Shown: positions 1-12,173, counted from the whole stretch's first letter. The stretch is 63,322 bases of DNA, filler included, from Aduncisulcus paluster (GCA_024181965.1; 31 parts of 31 records of this genome joined end to end with filler, not necessarily neighbours in it), one strand, 5' to 3'. Notes: a model not told the origin generated them from the sequence alone. Translations and numbers: made by a program.

Positions 1-2
1 GA

Positions 3-1358
3 TCAAAGTGTGAACAAGAAGAGGGATTGTTCATTGATGAAGCAGATATGATTCCGTTGAGCAGTGAAAGCAGGGATCTTATCCAGCACATTATTAGCGA
101 TCATCATAATGCCGTGGTAGGCCATGGTGGATATGCAACGACAGCTCACAAGATAAGGGCATCAGGTTATGTCTGGCCTTCGATGTATAAAGATGTGGCT
201 GATTTTGTAAGAGTCTGTCCGATATGCCAGAAAATTAAGGATAAGAAAATCCCAAAAGCACCTAAGTTATCAATTTCGGTCGAAATCCCGTTTCACACTC
301 TATTTGTCGACACATTGACGATCTCAAAGGAAGAAGAGCCCGAGAAATATGTAATTGCTGTCGTGGATGCTTTTACACATTGGGTAGAGTTGATTCCAGT
401 GGAATCACTGGAGAAAGAAGTTGCTTGTTCAGCTCTGATCCCTATACTTGCTAGACACGGACTGCCTGAAGTTATACATACGGATGGTGGCTCTCAGTTT
501 TGCAATTATTTGGCTGACCACCTTTGGGACACATTAAGAGTGAAACACCATGTCTCTATAGCCCATCATCCCACGGGGAATGGGGTGGTTGAGAGGGTCA
601 ATAGGGAGATTAAGAAGCACATGTGTGCATTATTCCTTGAAATTATGTTCGAAAACCAATGGACAAGGTACGTTCCCATCGTGCAGGGTATCTTAAATAA
701 TACTCTCCACTCGTCGATTGGCTGCACTCCGTTTGAAATGTTGAGGGGTCGTCAACCGAGCAGGGTAGTACATGCAAATCATGTACAGGAAATGAAGAAG
801 AGTGAGAAAGAGCTCCCTGAGCAGACGAAAGAGGGCGTCAAGGAGTATGTCACCGACTTGGCGTTGAAGATAGATCAGCTGCATAGAAGAGCCGAAATGT
901 TTCAGAGAAAAAGAACTGAAAAGGGAGAAGGGGAAGAACCTGAGCTTGTGATAGGTTCTTTTGTATTAAAAAGACGGTTATCACCTGAAGGAAAGCTATA
1001 TGCAGACCTTATGGGACCGTATAAAGTCGAAGAGAAGATTTCACAGAGACTGTACTTGTTGAAGAGTATAGTCAATGAAACTGATGTTGAAGAAACGCAC
1101 ATCGATGAAATTGTGCCGTTTAATACTAATCCAGACAGTGACATCGAAGAAATGAGAGCATTGGCAGCCAGGGATTATGGCTGGGTATTAGTTGACGAAG
1201 TTATGGAGCACAAACGAGTTGATGGATGTCTAATGTTGAAGATAAGATGGAAAGGTTGGTCGCATGAGACGACAACGTGGCAAAGTTATGAATCTTTGAA
1301 ATCCTTGATAAAAGTTAAGGATTATGTCAAAAAGAAAAGAATACGGAAGTTGAAGTAG
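3..1358 (+). mobile_element. Ty3/gypsy pol 3' part: integrase with C-terminal chromodomain (5'-partial)
   Basis: HHCC zinc finger (HNAVVGH...CPIC), DDE core (FVDT, HTDGGSQF, NGVVERVN), GPY motif (LMGPYKV), chromodomain (KIRWKGWSHETTTW). Confidence 0.96.
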
Positions 1359-1370
1359 GATCAGACCTAC

Positions 1371-1384
1371 AGAAAAAGGAGAAA
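1371..1384 (+). promoter_or_regulatory. Polypurine tract (PPT)
   Basis: AGAAAAAGGAGAAA 12 nt after the integrase stop, directly before TG. Confidence 0.85.
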
Positions 1385-1419
1385 TGTTATGGATTAGTAA
1401 ATTTTGGCGTAGTATAACA
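1385..1419 (+). repeat. Candidate 35-bp 3' LTR
   Basis: TGTTAT...ATAACA inverted termini right after the PPT, AGTAAATTTTG core; unrelated transposase remnant starts at 1420. Confidence 0.75.
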
Positions 1420-2099
1420 CTGAATTCACATCTGAAGTTTCAGATGATTCATTACTTGATCCCTTACTTACTGAGCTCCATCACCCCGAGATTGACGATT
1501 TGTACCCTGATATAGAAGTTCGATACACTGATATTTATCATGAAATTATTGAGAAGAATCAACCGTTTGTAAAATTAATGGTTAAAATGGTGATGAAAAG
1601 AGAGATATCTGAATCCCTTTACACAGAAATCCAGCAATAGTTAAAGGTGACAGTATCAGAAATTTGCTCTGCCATTGGTATTGACTTTGTACCTTGTATT
1701 GATCATCTCTATCTTCCATCACTTTTACAATACCAATACAGTCACAAACAGTCGAATCATGTTCCCATTTAATGAAATATAGATGGTACACACTCTATCA
1801 ATATCCTGTTCCGCGAATAATTTTTGATTACTAATCAGAAGTAGTACTTCTATTCATTGACACATATATCTCCTTATCAGATTGTTCCAGAAAGTGATAA
1901 GTACAATCCAACCTCTTTTCGTCTATATCGAGAAACATTATCGACAATAAGATATAATTTAGGCATAATACCAGGAATGATAAGCGAGTTTTCCAGTGCC
2001 GGGACCAGGTCAATCAAGTTTTATTTCAATTCGTTACTAGAGGCTATCATGTTGATTATATTAATGTCTCTGCTCATCTCTGACTCTTTCATGAGTTAA
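1420..2099 (+). pseudogene. Decayed Plavaka/CACTA-type transposase
   Basis: Pieces KREISESLYTEIQQ*LK, YRWYTLYQYPVP and THISPYQ...IRYNLGI align in order with KREISETLYTEMYSELK, YYWYDINRYAIP and THFSPFQ...IRTKLNI of ORF 42943-44330; stops and frameshifts. Confidence 0.8.
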
Positions 2100-2379
2100 G
2101 CAATCACCTTCGACCCACGTCTACCACTAGGACTGCGACTCAATCTTGATACATTTTAATTACTATCAGTACTCACCCGGGTCTACATAGAATTTATATG
2201 GTTCCCTCTGTTCTTCACCTCAGGTTCCATAAGGAATACCTCGAAAATTTCCTCTGAGACACCATAGTACTGATCTGTTCTTAACTTTCATAATACATAT
2301 GTATTAACGACACGTATTCATTACTTCTAAATATGGAAATGATTTCTGCTTCTTTGTAAAATCCGTAGAGCTTTTCAAT

Positions 2380-2720
2380 CAAAATAGGAAAAGTGAAAAG
2401 ATTAACATGCTTACAGTTAAACCCAATTATTTCTGACCTTGTGGGAGAGTATGACTTGATAATAGGAAGAACGAGGGCGAAAGATTCGGATTGTACAAAA
2501 TGAATGCATTCGGCATTGAAGATGTTGTGGTGGATGATGATGAAAAGAGCGATGGATATTTTTGTTTCTCCGAGAAAGAAATCAGGGAGGACCCCACTGA
2601 TTACGCAAATAACGAGTATCCAAATTTCCCACGTTTAAAAGAACTGATAAGTCGATATAGAGATTTATTTGCACCTTTAGAAAAGACGGTGATGGAGATT
2701 GATGATTACCGACATCAGCC
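2380..2720 (+). pseudogene. Ty3/gypsy pol remnant (protease end/RT start)
   Basis: EYDLIIGR protease-like C-terminal motif, then LKELISRYRDLF; frameshifted, cut at 2721 by an LTR-like TG start. Confidence 0.55.
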
Positions 2721-2781
2721 TGTGATTACCTGTATTCTTTTATTTTAATAAATTTGCTAGTCTCCCTTCACGGGATTAATA
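2721..2781 (+). repeat. Candidate ~61-bp 5' LTR (terminal CA apparently mutated to TA; alternative end at 2834)
   Basis: Starts TGTGAT; shares TTTAATAAATTTG and TTCACG..ATTAA(C/T)A with the LTR at 37594-37672; followed by palindrome 2781-2798 and gag ATG at 2852. Confidence 0.55.
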
Positions 2782-2851
2782 ATAATAATATTATTATTTT
2801 AAATTTTCTTTATTTGCATTGTTTTCTGATAACACGTTTTATTTGATATTG

Positions 2852-3156
2852 ATGCTAAGAGAGAAACTCGAAGAAGATTATAACATGCATGCTATTAAGG
2901 CCAAAGCAGCATCTGAAAGACAACTGGCGTTGAAAATGGCCCCTGAAGATAAAAAAGCTCGTATGGGGGGGTGATGAAAGATTACAAACTCCCATATTAA
3001 AACGGTTTGATGAAGGTTCTTGGATGAATTTCCAATCGGAATTTAATTTGTATATGCTCTCAGGGGGAAAAAAGAAATGGACGGAGTGTATTGTTCCTGA
3101 TGTGATGGAAACCATATTATGTTAGTTGACTCCGCTGATATCAAAACCTCTGCAGG
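2852..3156 (+). pseudogene. Ty3/gypsy gag N-terminus, frameshifted
   Basis: MLREKLEE... shifts frame in a G-run (~2965-2971) to RLQTPILKRFDEGSWMNFQSEFNLYMLSGGKKKW, homologous to the gag at 35661-35770. Confidence 0.7.
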
Positions 3157-3256
3157 NNNNNNNNNNNNNNNNNNNNNNNNNNNNNNNNNNNNNNNNNNNN
3201 TTAATTAATTAANNNNNNNNNNNNNNNNNNNNNNNNNNNNNNNNNNNNNNNNNNNN
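3157..3256. other. Artificial contig linker, first of 30 (others start at 5887, 7809, 10106, 12073, 13740, 15240, 18865, 20226, 22209, 24437, 26380, 27962, 32246, 33750, 35561, 38199, 39804, 41296, 42843, 44407, 46188, 48051, 49413, 51391, 54551, 55971, 57613, 60323, 61673)
   Basis: Identical N-run/TTAATTAATTAA (six-frame stop)/N-run spacer recurs; ORFs are cut at each one and the flanks are unrelated. Confidence 0.99.
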
Positions 3257-3730
3257 CTCCAAAGCCTCCTGCACCTCTGTGACCTTCCTTTCCGCTTCCA
3301 TTCGACATTGAGTCATCAGGACGGATAGTTTTTCACGAGCATCCGCTATAGACGTCTTCCATCCAAATTGTTGTCTCAGGTTGTGCCAAAAGTAACTTAC
3401 CTTTGGATTTTCCTCCATCTTTTTCAACAAAAGTTGCCATTTGGGTGCTGGGAGTGTAGGGAGCATAGTAGTGTCGGAATAAACTTCTTCATCGGTACTT
3501 CTAGTCCAATCCACAGTTGAGAGAGTTGTTTTTGTACTTGTTGAGTCATGTATATAAAAGTTACGAAATGTTTCTTCGTCTAGGTTATAAATTCGCTTTG
3601 CATCGTCAGAATTTATACCTAGAATTTTAAGCAAAAAGTTAAATAAAATAATATTGTTGATATTTTCGAGTTCTAAACCTTTGTAGGGGTCGAGGGAAAC
3701 GCCTCGTTCCGAACCAACAGTTAACGTCAT
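3257..3730 (-). CDS. Hypothetical protein, 3'-partial (possibly retroelement ORF1/gag)
   Basis: ATG-started ORF open to the contig end, behind a GC-rich leader; no motif recognised. Confidence 0.45.
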
Positions 3731-4137
3731 AATTGACGGATTACGGTAGTTGAAAACCTTCCTTTGTTAAAAAAACCCCGAAAAATCGATGTGTGCCTAT
3801 TTTCGATCTCGCGAACGTGCCACACTCACAGTGGAGGCCACCGGCAACGCCCCGGTCCGGCCAAAATCCGAGTATCACACTACTCGCGTGGGTGATATAT
3901 GGGCGTTTTTCGACTTCAAAAACACTCGAATTCGAATAAAAAATCATACTCGGAATAATTTTGATTGTCGAATGGGAGGATCATTTTTTTAGTGTTCTCC
4001 CACCAAATTATGGTCATATTCCACGATCATTCGACCAAGCAAATATTTATACTCTAATGATACCATATCAAAAAAATGAATAATATGTATTATACAACAA
4101 ATAAATTTATTAACATTATTACCAAAACACTGGACAA

Positions 4138-4782
4138 TCAAAAAAGCCCTGAAGAATCTTCGAGTGATTGTGCTAAAGGCCGTGGTGAAGACTGCTGGGC
4201 AGACTGTCCAGTAGACGTACCATCAGGTAAACTAGATCTGGAAGGACTGGGTGCACGGGGAATGGGAATCTCTGATGTTGGAGTTCTTCTAGTGTCATCA
4301 CTTCGTCCTTCTTCCCTTTTCCGATGACGAATAGCACTCATAACCTTTTTTGAAGATTTTAAGTGGGAAATAGTTGCCACTTCTTGTATTAAACGATATT
4401 CTGGATCGTCAGCAGATCCTGGCAAAGATTTTACAAATTCAGAGGTGTGTCGTTTTAGCGAAGGCTCATATATGTCATATCGAACCTCATCTGCCTCAAG
4501 AACTCTTCGCTTCGTGGTCTCATCAGAAAAAATATCTTCCACGACCTTTTTTACGATCTCTTTCTGCATCCGCCGCTCCATAAATACCATGGCAGGCTTT
4601 ATGTCAACAAAATGTGAAACAGATAGTGTTCTGGCCGTAATCGGCTTTGCCCATTGCAATAAAGTTTCAATAGTATCCAATTTCCTCAATATCTTCTCTT
4701 GATTTGTCTCGATAGTTATTATTTTTTTGTTAAACTGAAGATGAGACTTTAGTATCACCTTACACTGTACTCGATGAACCAA
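4138..4782 (-). CDS. Hypothetical coiled-coil protein with S/P-rich tail
   Basis: 214-codon ORF, heptad NQEKILRKLDTIETLL; true start uncertain. Confidence 0.5.
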   Translation of the reverse strand: MVHRVQCKVILKSHLQFNKKIITIETNQEKILRKLDTIETLLQWAKPITARTLSVSHFVDIKPAMVFMERRMQKEIVKKVVEDIFSDETTKRRVLEADEVRYDIYEPSLKRHTSEFVKSLPGSADDPEYRLIQEVATISHLKSSKKVMSAIRHRKREEGRSDDTRRTPTSEIPIPRAPSPSRSSLPDGTSTGQSAQQSSPRPLAQSLEDSSGLF

Positions 4783-5551
4783 GTGATGAATAAAATAAAA
4801 ACTTAAAATTAAAAAAAAAACAATAAAATAATAATTTTAAAAAAAACATTAAAAAGTTTTGACTAAAAACCATTGGTTGAAGGTGTGATCAGAAAATATA
4901 ACCGAGTTCCATATATTCACCTCTCAAAAAGATGAGATGACGTCCTAATCATAAACAATCCGGTAGCCAATCGATCCCACCCCGACACCCTTGCGGCCTA
5001 TAATGGAGTGGAACCTAAGCCCTGCGACGTTTATGAACAAAAGGGACTGGTGAAAAGGGAAATACAAATTATAATGACTGAAAAAAGAATAAAAATAATC
5101 GTCGACAAACAATGTTGCCAATATTCTCATCAAAAATCATCACATTAGTGCATACCGTGGTTTTTGTCCACTGCAGTCAACCAATGGACTGCTCAGCACC
5201 GAGTCATTAACCAATATACACCACTGTATAGATCAATTATGACTCATTCATTTGAAATGCAATGTTGTAAACGTATAGAATGGCCGACTCAAGATTTACG
5301 TGGCTCTGATGTCTGCAGGTATCGGAACAGCATTCCCAAGTTTGCCAGTCACACCCATATGGATGATAAGTTCACAATTTCGCTAAGCTACGGCGAAAAG
5401 ATCACTTAATATACGACAAAAAAACATAAGAAATGAAAAATGGGACGAAATGAAAAAGAATAACGATAAAATTGACATGAGAAAAATATAAACAATAACA
5501 ATGGGGAAAATAAAGTAAATAGGAGTTACAACCAATCAAAACCATCTTTGA

Positions 5552-5886
5552 TCATCGATAAACAAGATTATCCTTCAGCTGTAGGAGTGAGGCTTCAATG
5601 TCATAAACACGAATGTCATTATCAATCTTGTCTCTCAATAAACAAAAGTGAAATTGAGTATAAGTATGAGTTATAAGGGTAAAGGAGTGCTTGAAAAGAT
5701 GAATCTCAAGAATACACCGAATGCAAGGGGGGGTAGACACATCGACCCAACGTCAAGTTGATAAAACATGATTGAGGATTGCATTTTAGATTCCGAGGTG
5801 TGGCAACCAATAAAATAAATATCTCTGTCGATGTGAAATGTGCCACCATTTCTCACAACAAAGATATCATTTTCAGAATTGAATGC
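5552..5886 (-). pseudogene. Frameshifted 3' end of an unidentified gene
   Basis: Two overlapping ORFs switching frame at a C7 run near 5728-5734. Confidence 0.3.
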
Positions 5887-6917
5887 NNNNNNNNNNNNNN
5901 NNNNNNNNNNNNNNNNNNNNNNNNNNNNNNTTAATTAATTAANNNNNNNNNNNNNNNNNNNNNNNNNNNNNNNNNNNNNNNNNNNNACTTATGAGAAAAC
6001 ATTTAGTGTAAGGTTAAAATAATAACAATCACGATAATAAATAAAAGAAGCGAAAAATATGGTAATTTCAAGGAGAACGAGACAACAGGAAGAAAAGAAC
6101 ATAACATGTAAATAATATTGAACAGTGATGCATAAAATAGAATTTTCTGCTCATTAAATGTGCTACTTTGACATACTATAAATACTGTGAAGGTCTGTAA
6201 AGCACCAAGAACGGGATATTGAAGTTGCAAAGTTAGCTTAATACAAATTGAAGATAATATTGGACAATCAAATGATAAATGTTTATTATTATTTACATTG
6301 AAAGCATATATCCATTGCTAGTGTTTGAATTACACGCATGACACGAAATCTCTTCATATCTCCCGAATTTGGCAACATAGTGGAAATGTTGAGTCCATGC
6401 AGTCATGTAAAGCTGCATTCACAATTCATGAATCCACTCGACTTCTTGATTAATATCCAAGATTTCGTTCTATACTGATCATCCCATTTCAGAATGAATT
6501 TATTGCATAATATCGAGTATCAACAAGTGTATCATATGTAATCTCCATTTATAGATTAAAATGGATGCAGAAACTTTTGCAAATAATACATCTTGTTGGA
6601 ATTACTGGAGAGGCTTCTCGCTCTATTGCATTCGGAAATTGAAAGTTATTATAATAGGTTCCTCTTTAAGGTCTTATTTGTTTCGGTTTATTTACTTTGT
6701 TCTGACCCGAAATAATTCCTCTCTCATTCATCTATGAAAGATAAATCAACGGAAAATTATGACGAAAGGAATGAAACCATAAAAAGATGGCATTATGCGA
6801 GGATATCAAAAAGAAATCATTAAGACGAAGGAAATCTTAAAAAGAAAAAAAGAAAAATGATTAAAACATTATTATTAATAATCAGAATCAGAAAAGTATT
6901 ACAACAAATATTGCAGT

Positions 6918-7808
6918 TCACTCAATAACCTTTAGGAACAATGTTTTAATCTCATCAATAACTCCAAACATCTCTGCACAATGGGGAAGGAATGGTTTCC
7001 TCTCTTCGACATGTTGAATAGCATGAGACAAGGATACACGTGCACTGTTCTCCATGTGCATCAGTTCATGGTGCAACTTATCATACACGAGGACACACAC
7101 AGCCTCACGAGTGTCAACTTGAACAAGGGCAACATGACTGGACAAGGACAGAGGTTTCGAAAAATACCCCTTGGGAATAACTTTGTTGGCATCTTTAATC
7201 CCACCAACATCAACAGTATTACAATCATTGCCCCATAGAGAAGACATTGGAATGGGATGAACTTGAGAGCGCAATGTTGGAATGGCCTGTGTACTCCAAA
7301 TATACTCAGAGAATGGGAACAATCTCTCAGCCTTCGGAGCAGTGAAGTCAGTAAAAGAACTGCGATCGGACTTGGGATCACTAAAAAATTTACCAACATC
7401 ACTTCCTTGTTTTTTGTCACTTTCTCCACACAACTCCTTGCTATCATACAACACAGCATCACACACACCATTGGAATACATTGATGGGGCATCTGGCACA
7501 ACGATCCATTCGTATTCTTCACCAAATGCTTCCACATGTGGGAGACACGTGGTCAAGGCAGGGATGGAAGAAATGAGAGTGTTCACTTTCATGCAAATAT
7601 CATTCACTTCACACATCAGAGCGGATAGCTCACTTGGTGTCCTGGACGAACCTGCAAGGGAACAAGCTTTACGCATCATGTAGTTGTATAATAGTGAGGC
7701 CATCTTAAGCATCTCACCTTTCAGAGCATGTTTGTGGAGAAGTGGACTATCGGAGTTCCATTGCCCATGAGCGATACAACGGGGCAGGTTGAACAGTGTC
7801 GTTGGGAT
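6918..7808 (-). CDS. Hypothetical protein, 5'-partial
   Basis: Open from the contig edge for ~296 codons, higher GC than the flank. Confidence 0.7.
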   Translation of the reverse strand: MPTTLFNLPRCIAHGQWNSDSPLLHKHALKGEMLKMASLLYNYMMRKACSLAGSSRTPSELSALMCEVNDICMKVNTLISSIPALTTCLPHVEAFGEEYEWIVVPDAPSMYSNGVCDAVLYDSKELCGESDKKQGSDVGKFFSDPKSDRSSFTDFTAPKAERLFPFSEYIWSTQAIPTLRSQVHPIPMSSLWGNDCNTVDVGGIKDANKVIPKGYFSKPLSLSSHVALVQVDTREAVCVLVYDKLHHELMHMENSARVSLSHAIQHVEERKPFLPHCAEMFGVIDEIKTLFLKVIE

Positions 7809-7910
7809 NNNNNNNNNNNNNNNNNNNNNNNNNNNNNNNNNNNNNNNNNNNNTTAATTAATTAANNNNNNNNNNNNNNNNNNNNNNNNNNNNNNNNNNNN
7901 NNNNNNNNAG

Positions 7911-8525
7911 ACAGAACACGAGAAAGGAGGCTTTGGTTCCATAGGCTGGAGATATGACTGGGACGATGAAGAAGCCCGCAAGAACATTCTCAGGACACAC
8001 ACGACTGCCGTGTCATCAAGGATGCTCCATGGAATAGCTGAAGAATATAAGAGAACAGGTGTGTTCAAACCAGCCAAGATGTTCTCAATTGATCGTGTGT
8101 TCAGAAATGAGACATGCGATCAAACACATCTGGCCGAGTTCCACCAAGTCGAGGGATTCGTGTGTGATAAAGATTTGAATGTTGGACACCTTATGGGTGT
8201 GATCAGGGCTTTCTTTGCTGCCCAAGGTATCACAGATATCAGCTTCAAGCCAGCTTATAATCCATACACGGAGCCATCGATGGAGATATTCTGTTATCAT
8301 CCTTTGCTCAAGAAACAGATTGAGATCGGGAACAGTGGAATGTTCAGACCTGAAATGCTGAGACCTATGGGACTTCCTGAAGGTGTGAACGTTATTGCAT
8401 GGGGATTGTCACTTGAAAGACCAACAATGATTAAATATGGAATCTCTGACATTAGAACTCTAATTGGAGCTGGTGTGGATATAAAGGGTGTCCAAAAGGG
8501 ACAAATATGCATGATAGATAAATAA
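7911..8525 (+). CDS. FARSA: Cytosolic phenylalanyl-tRNA synthetase alpha subunit, C-terminal part
   Basis: [64 protein letters not shown]. Confidence 0.98.
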   Translation, partial: TEHEKGGFGSIGWRYDWDDEEARKNILRTHTTAVSSRMLHGIAEEYKRTGVFKPAKMFSIDRVFRNETCDQTHLAEFHQVEGFVCDKDLNVGHLMGVIRAFFAAQGITDISFKPAYNPYTEPSMEIFCYHPLLKKQIEIGNSGMFRPEMLRPMGLPEGVNVIAWGLSLERPTMIKYGISDIRTLIGAGVDIKGVQKGQICMIDK

Positions 8526-8761
8526 AATAGTCATACCGTCTAGAAATCGATATAAATAAAAGAATATTTATTGGCTAATTTGTAAGAATATGCACTAAAA
8601 TCAAGTTGATTCTATCTCATACACCAGCACTAATCTATGCAACCAATCAATTAAAATTACCATTATAATATACATAAGTATAACATATTACATTAAAATT
8701 AATATATTACAAACATCTAAATTTAGGACATGATTTTACGAAATCACGATTTTCTCGCGAA

Positions 8762-10105
8762 ATGGAAAGTCAAGATCCCATTACTGAACCTGCTCCTGAA
8801 AGATCTGAAGAGGAGAGTTCCATCGATCCAAGGGCTGTTAAGTTCCTCCTAAAGACCACTCCTGAAAATGTTGATGAGCAAATTGAAGAGTATCGCGTTA
8901 TTAGTAAGTATGATAAGCTTCTTAAAGAGCTCAGGGAAATGGAAGGAGACATTGAATTGTATATCGATGATGAATTAGATATTATAGATCCCGGAAGGTG
9001 GGATGCTTGTTCTGATATCCTTGACAGAGTTCTTGGCCTCTGGAAATCAAGCCGTAAGCAATTTAAGAAGGCCATGCCAATTGAATTGGGTAATATTTTG
9101 TACCAATTGTCCTCCTTCAGTGCCAAGATCAAACCTGGTTCTGATGAGCATAAATCCCTTCATAAATTGCAAGCCAAAGCCCACGTTCAGATTATCCAGA
9201 AGCTCAAGAAGCTTGACGATGAGCTAATCAACGAGATTGAGATGGGAGCCCAACGTGAATTGATTCGTTCCCAGGAGACCAAGGAAGAAGAAGAGGAAGA
9301 TCTCTCCACAATGGAGGAAGAAGAAGAGGAAGAAGAATCCGTCGAGGATGAGATTTCTCAGTCAGAGGACGAGGATCTTGATTCCAATAGAATCCTTGAT
9401 TTCTTTGACGTTCAACGCCAGCAAGTTGAAGGTAGAGTGGCTATCACATCTAACAAAGAGTTTGATGCTGCTTTACTCCAACTTAACGAAGGAAAGAGCA
9501 GCAAGGATGAGGTTGTAGCCCGTGTTGATACCCTTCTACAGACCACCACTGATCCTGCCCGTCATTTCAAGGTCATCATGGTTGAGTTGAACTTGCTGTT
9601 CCACACTGCTCAGAGTGATGCCCGAGGCATGTTGAGGCGTCGTTGGAGACGTGCCATGATCGATATTGTCCGTCTTATTCGTCTGATCATGACCCATGAG
9701 AACCTGCACGATGCTGTTGATGCCATCTCTTCACACTCACACAATGCAGAGAGTAGAAGTGAAGAGTTCATCCACCGTGCCCTTGTATTGTTGCAGCAGC
9801 ACCTCACACACACGTTGACTGTCACCCCCTTGGTGTCGAGTATCGTGACCGTCTGATCGATGAAATGATGATGCATGAAGTCATTCGGTGTGCGTTATGG
9901 ATGTACCTCAGGATGAAGGAGTCAGTCATTGAAATGAGTGAGGAAGAGTGTGCCAATGCAACCATTAAGATCTCAAGAGAAGACAGGATCAAAGCACTCA
10001 ATGTAGCCATTGCCGCCATTGCTTCATTGCATCTCAACCTTATCTACCATAAGAATCAGAGCATCCTTAAACGTGAGTTTGCTATCTCTGGCAAGCTCTT
10101 GCTCA
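8762..10105 (+). CDS. EIF3C: Translation initiation factor eIF3 subunit C, N-terminal/middle part; one frameshift at ~9825-9829
   Basis: Acidic N-terminus, LNLLFH...MLRRRWRRAM..IVRLI, and after the shift EYRDRLIDE and HLNLIYHK, matching eIF3c/NIP1. Confidence 0.75.
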
Positions 10106-10205
10106 NNNNNNNNNNNNNNNNNNNNNNNNNNNNNNNNNNNNNNNNNNNNTTAATTAATTAANNNNNNNNNNNNNNNNNNNNNNNNNNNNNNNNNNNNNNN
10201 NNNNN

Positions 10206-12072
10206 GTTATAAAAGTATATTCTTTCAACCAGTCGATATATTTCTCTCGTTCAGCATCTCCAATTCCATTTTCATAGCAGGTTTCATTGAGTTCCACAAT
10301 TGTGATAGCTCCATTCGTGTGCTTGGCGACTTGTTTTAGTCGGGAATGAAGTGTTTCAAGGAGTTCCTCTCTTTGCCTCTTTGAGCTCACTTTTCTCTTT
10401 GAAGATTTGTGAATACTGCCAACAACACACTTTTTCTTGCCAAAACTACCAAGCTCGGTCCCTCCAAACCCTGCCCTCTGTCCGCATTGCCCACAATCGC
10501 ATATTTGTTGTTTTATCACCCTTTTGACAAGCTCTACAGTCAAATACACACAATGATCAACCAGTTCTTGTTGAACTACTTGATGTCTGATACCTTTTTT
10601 CTTTTGTTTATACCCACATTCACCCTTATCTGAAGTAAATTCTCCTCTCTCTGCACTATCATCCGATGAAGATCCATCAATTTCTGACTGAGACACAAGC
10701 ATCGAACATAATATTTGACACAGCTTGAGAACAGAGAAATATAGGGGTGCAGGGAATTCGAGAAGTGGATGGGATCTTCCCTGCTGAAGTAAAGAACAAC
10801 AAAATAGTTTCAAATGAGTTATATTAGATTCACTCAATGGAACAGGATATTTATAGATCGGTGTAGAGAGACAAGAGGGTGATACTGGTCCACTTTGATC
10901 AGGACAGCCAAATATATCAGCCTCATGTATCATAATATCACCCTCTTTCTCTCCTTTCTCTTCTTTCTCTTCTCCCCCTCCACTACTGCATTGTTCTTCC
11001 TCTATGATGGCATTGTTTGGCTCCAGATGGTCTATTCCAATGTCTTGAGTGTTCAGGATGTCATAGATGTCAGACTCACTATCAGCAACATCAGGAAGAG
11101 AAAAAGTTCCATGAATTTCTTCGTCTGGAGGTCTCTTATCTTCTCCAACAACGGAGGAAGAACTATTCTCTGGTTTAATCAATACTTCTTTCTTGGAGGA
11201 AGGATTAGAATCGATGTGTTCAACCTTAATTCCAATAGATCTAAGGACTCTTCTCTCTTCTTTTTCTCCACCTTTCGGAACCATACTGATAGAATTTTTC
11301 AAAGGATGACTCCACTCGTCCTTTTTCTCTTTCTCTTTCAGCTTTATAGACTCCTCCGTACAACTGTCTTGGCCCAAATGTCTGTACTTCCTTTCCCCAG
11401 ATCCTTGGATAAAACACCTTTCAAGACACATCTGTATGGCTGGAAGGGTCAACGAATTGATGGGAACAAGATCTGAATACTCGACAGGAAGAGAGATGAG
11501 GGTATGATCAGAGATGAGGGTATGATCAGAGTGAGTGTGTGAGATAGAGGCAGATCTCTGAGAAGAGAGAGGGGGGTAGAGGGATTGAGAGAAACGAGAG
11601 TGGGAGAGGGATTTGTTCGAGGTTAGGGTGGCAAATTCTTGTTTGGGCCGAAAACATATCACCCAATCGAACATATCATAAATGAATCCACTGGAACCCT
11701 TAAACAGACCCTTGAGAGTCGACTCAATGAGGGGAAGACAGCATTGGACTCCCCCATCAGAAGACAAAAAGGGAAGGGAAGGACCTGTGGGGATTAGTTC
11801 ACGTATCATACCATTAGAGAGCCCTACTGGCATCATCCTGGAGGAATCAGAAGATGTGAAATATGACGCATATGTGGATTGAATCGAGGAAGATGGAAGT
11901 GGAGTCAGTGATGAACGTCTTCTCTTTCCAATACTCTCTTGACAGCCAATAAGGACTGATTTTGACCGTTTTAACTTCATTTTGACCATCTGAGAATACA
12001 AATCTCGCTGAGATTTCGAAGATAAATTCTGGAGATGATCGATAATCCAAGACTTGGAACATGGATTCATTA
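10206..12072 (-). CDS. Hypothetical S/E/K-rich protein, partial
   Basis: Open across the whole contig (>620 codons); small SDHTLI tandem duplication. Confidence 0.75.
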
Positions 12073-12173
12073 NNNNNNNNNNNNNNNNNNNNNNNNNNNN
12101 NNNNNNNNNNNNNNNNTTAATTAATTAANNNNNNNNNNNNNNNNNNNNNNNNNNNNNNNNNNNNNNNNNNNNG

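Noticed and set aside
2291..2306. 16-bp palindrome TAATACATATGTATTA after CA as a fourth priming palindrome
   Set aside because: No recognisable LTR before it or gag after it; it also shows that AT palindromes can arise elsewhere
3201..3212. Recurring TTAATTAATTAA inside N-runs as a biological repeat or CRISPR-like array
   Set aside because: Fixed 100-nt artificial linker; adjacency across linkers says nothing about gene neighbourhood
3878..3994. CACTA...TAGTG mini-element
   Set aside because: Only 5-bp termini and no target-site duplication
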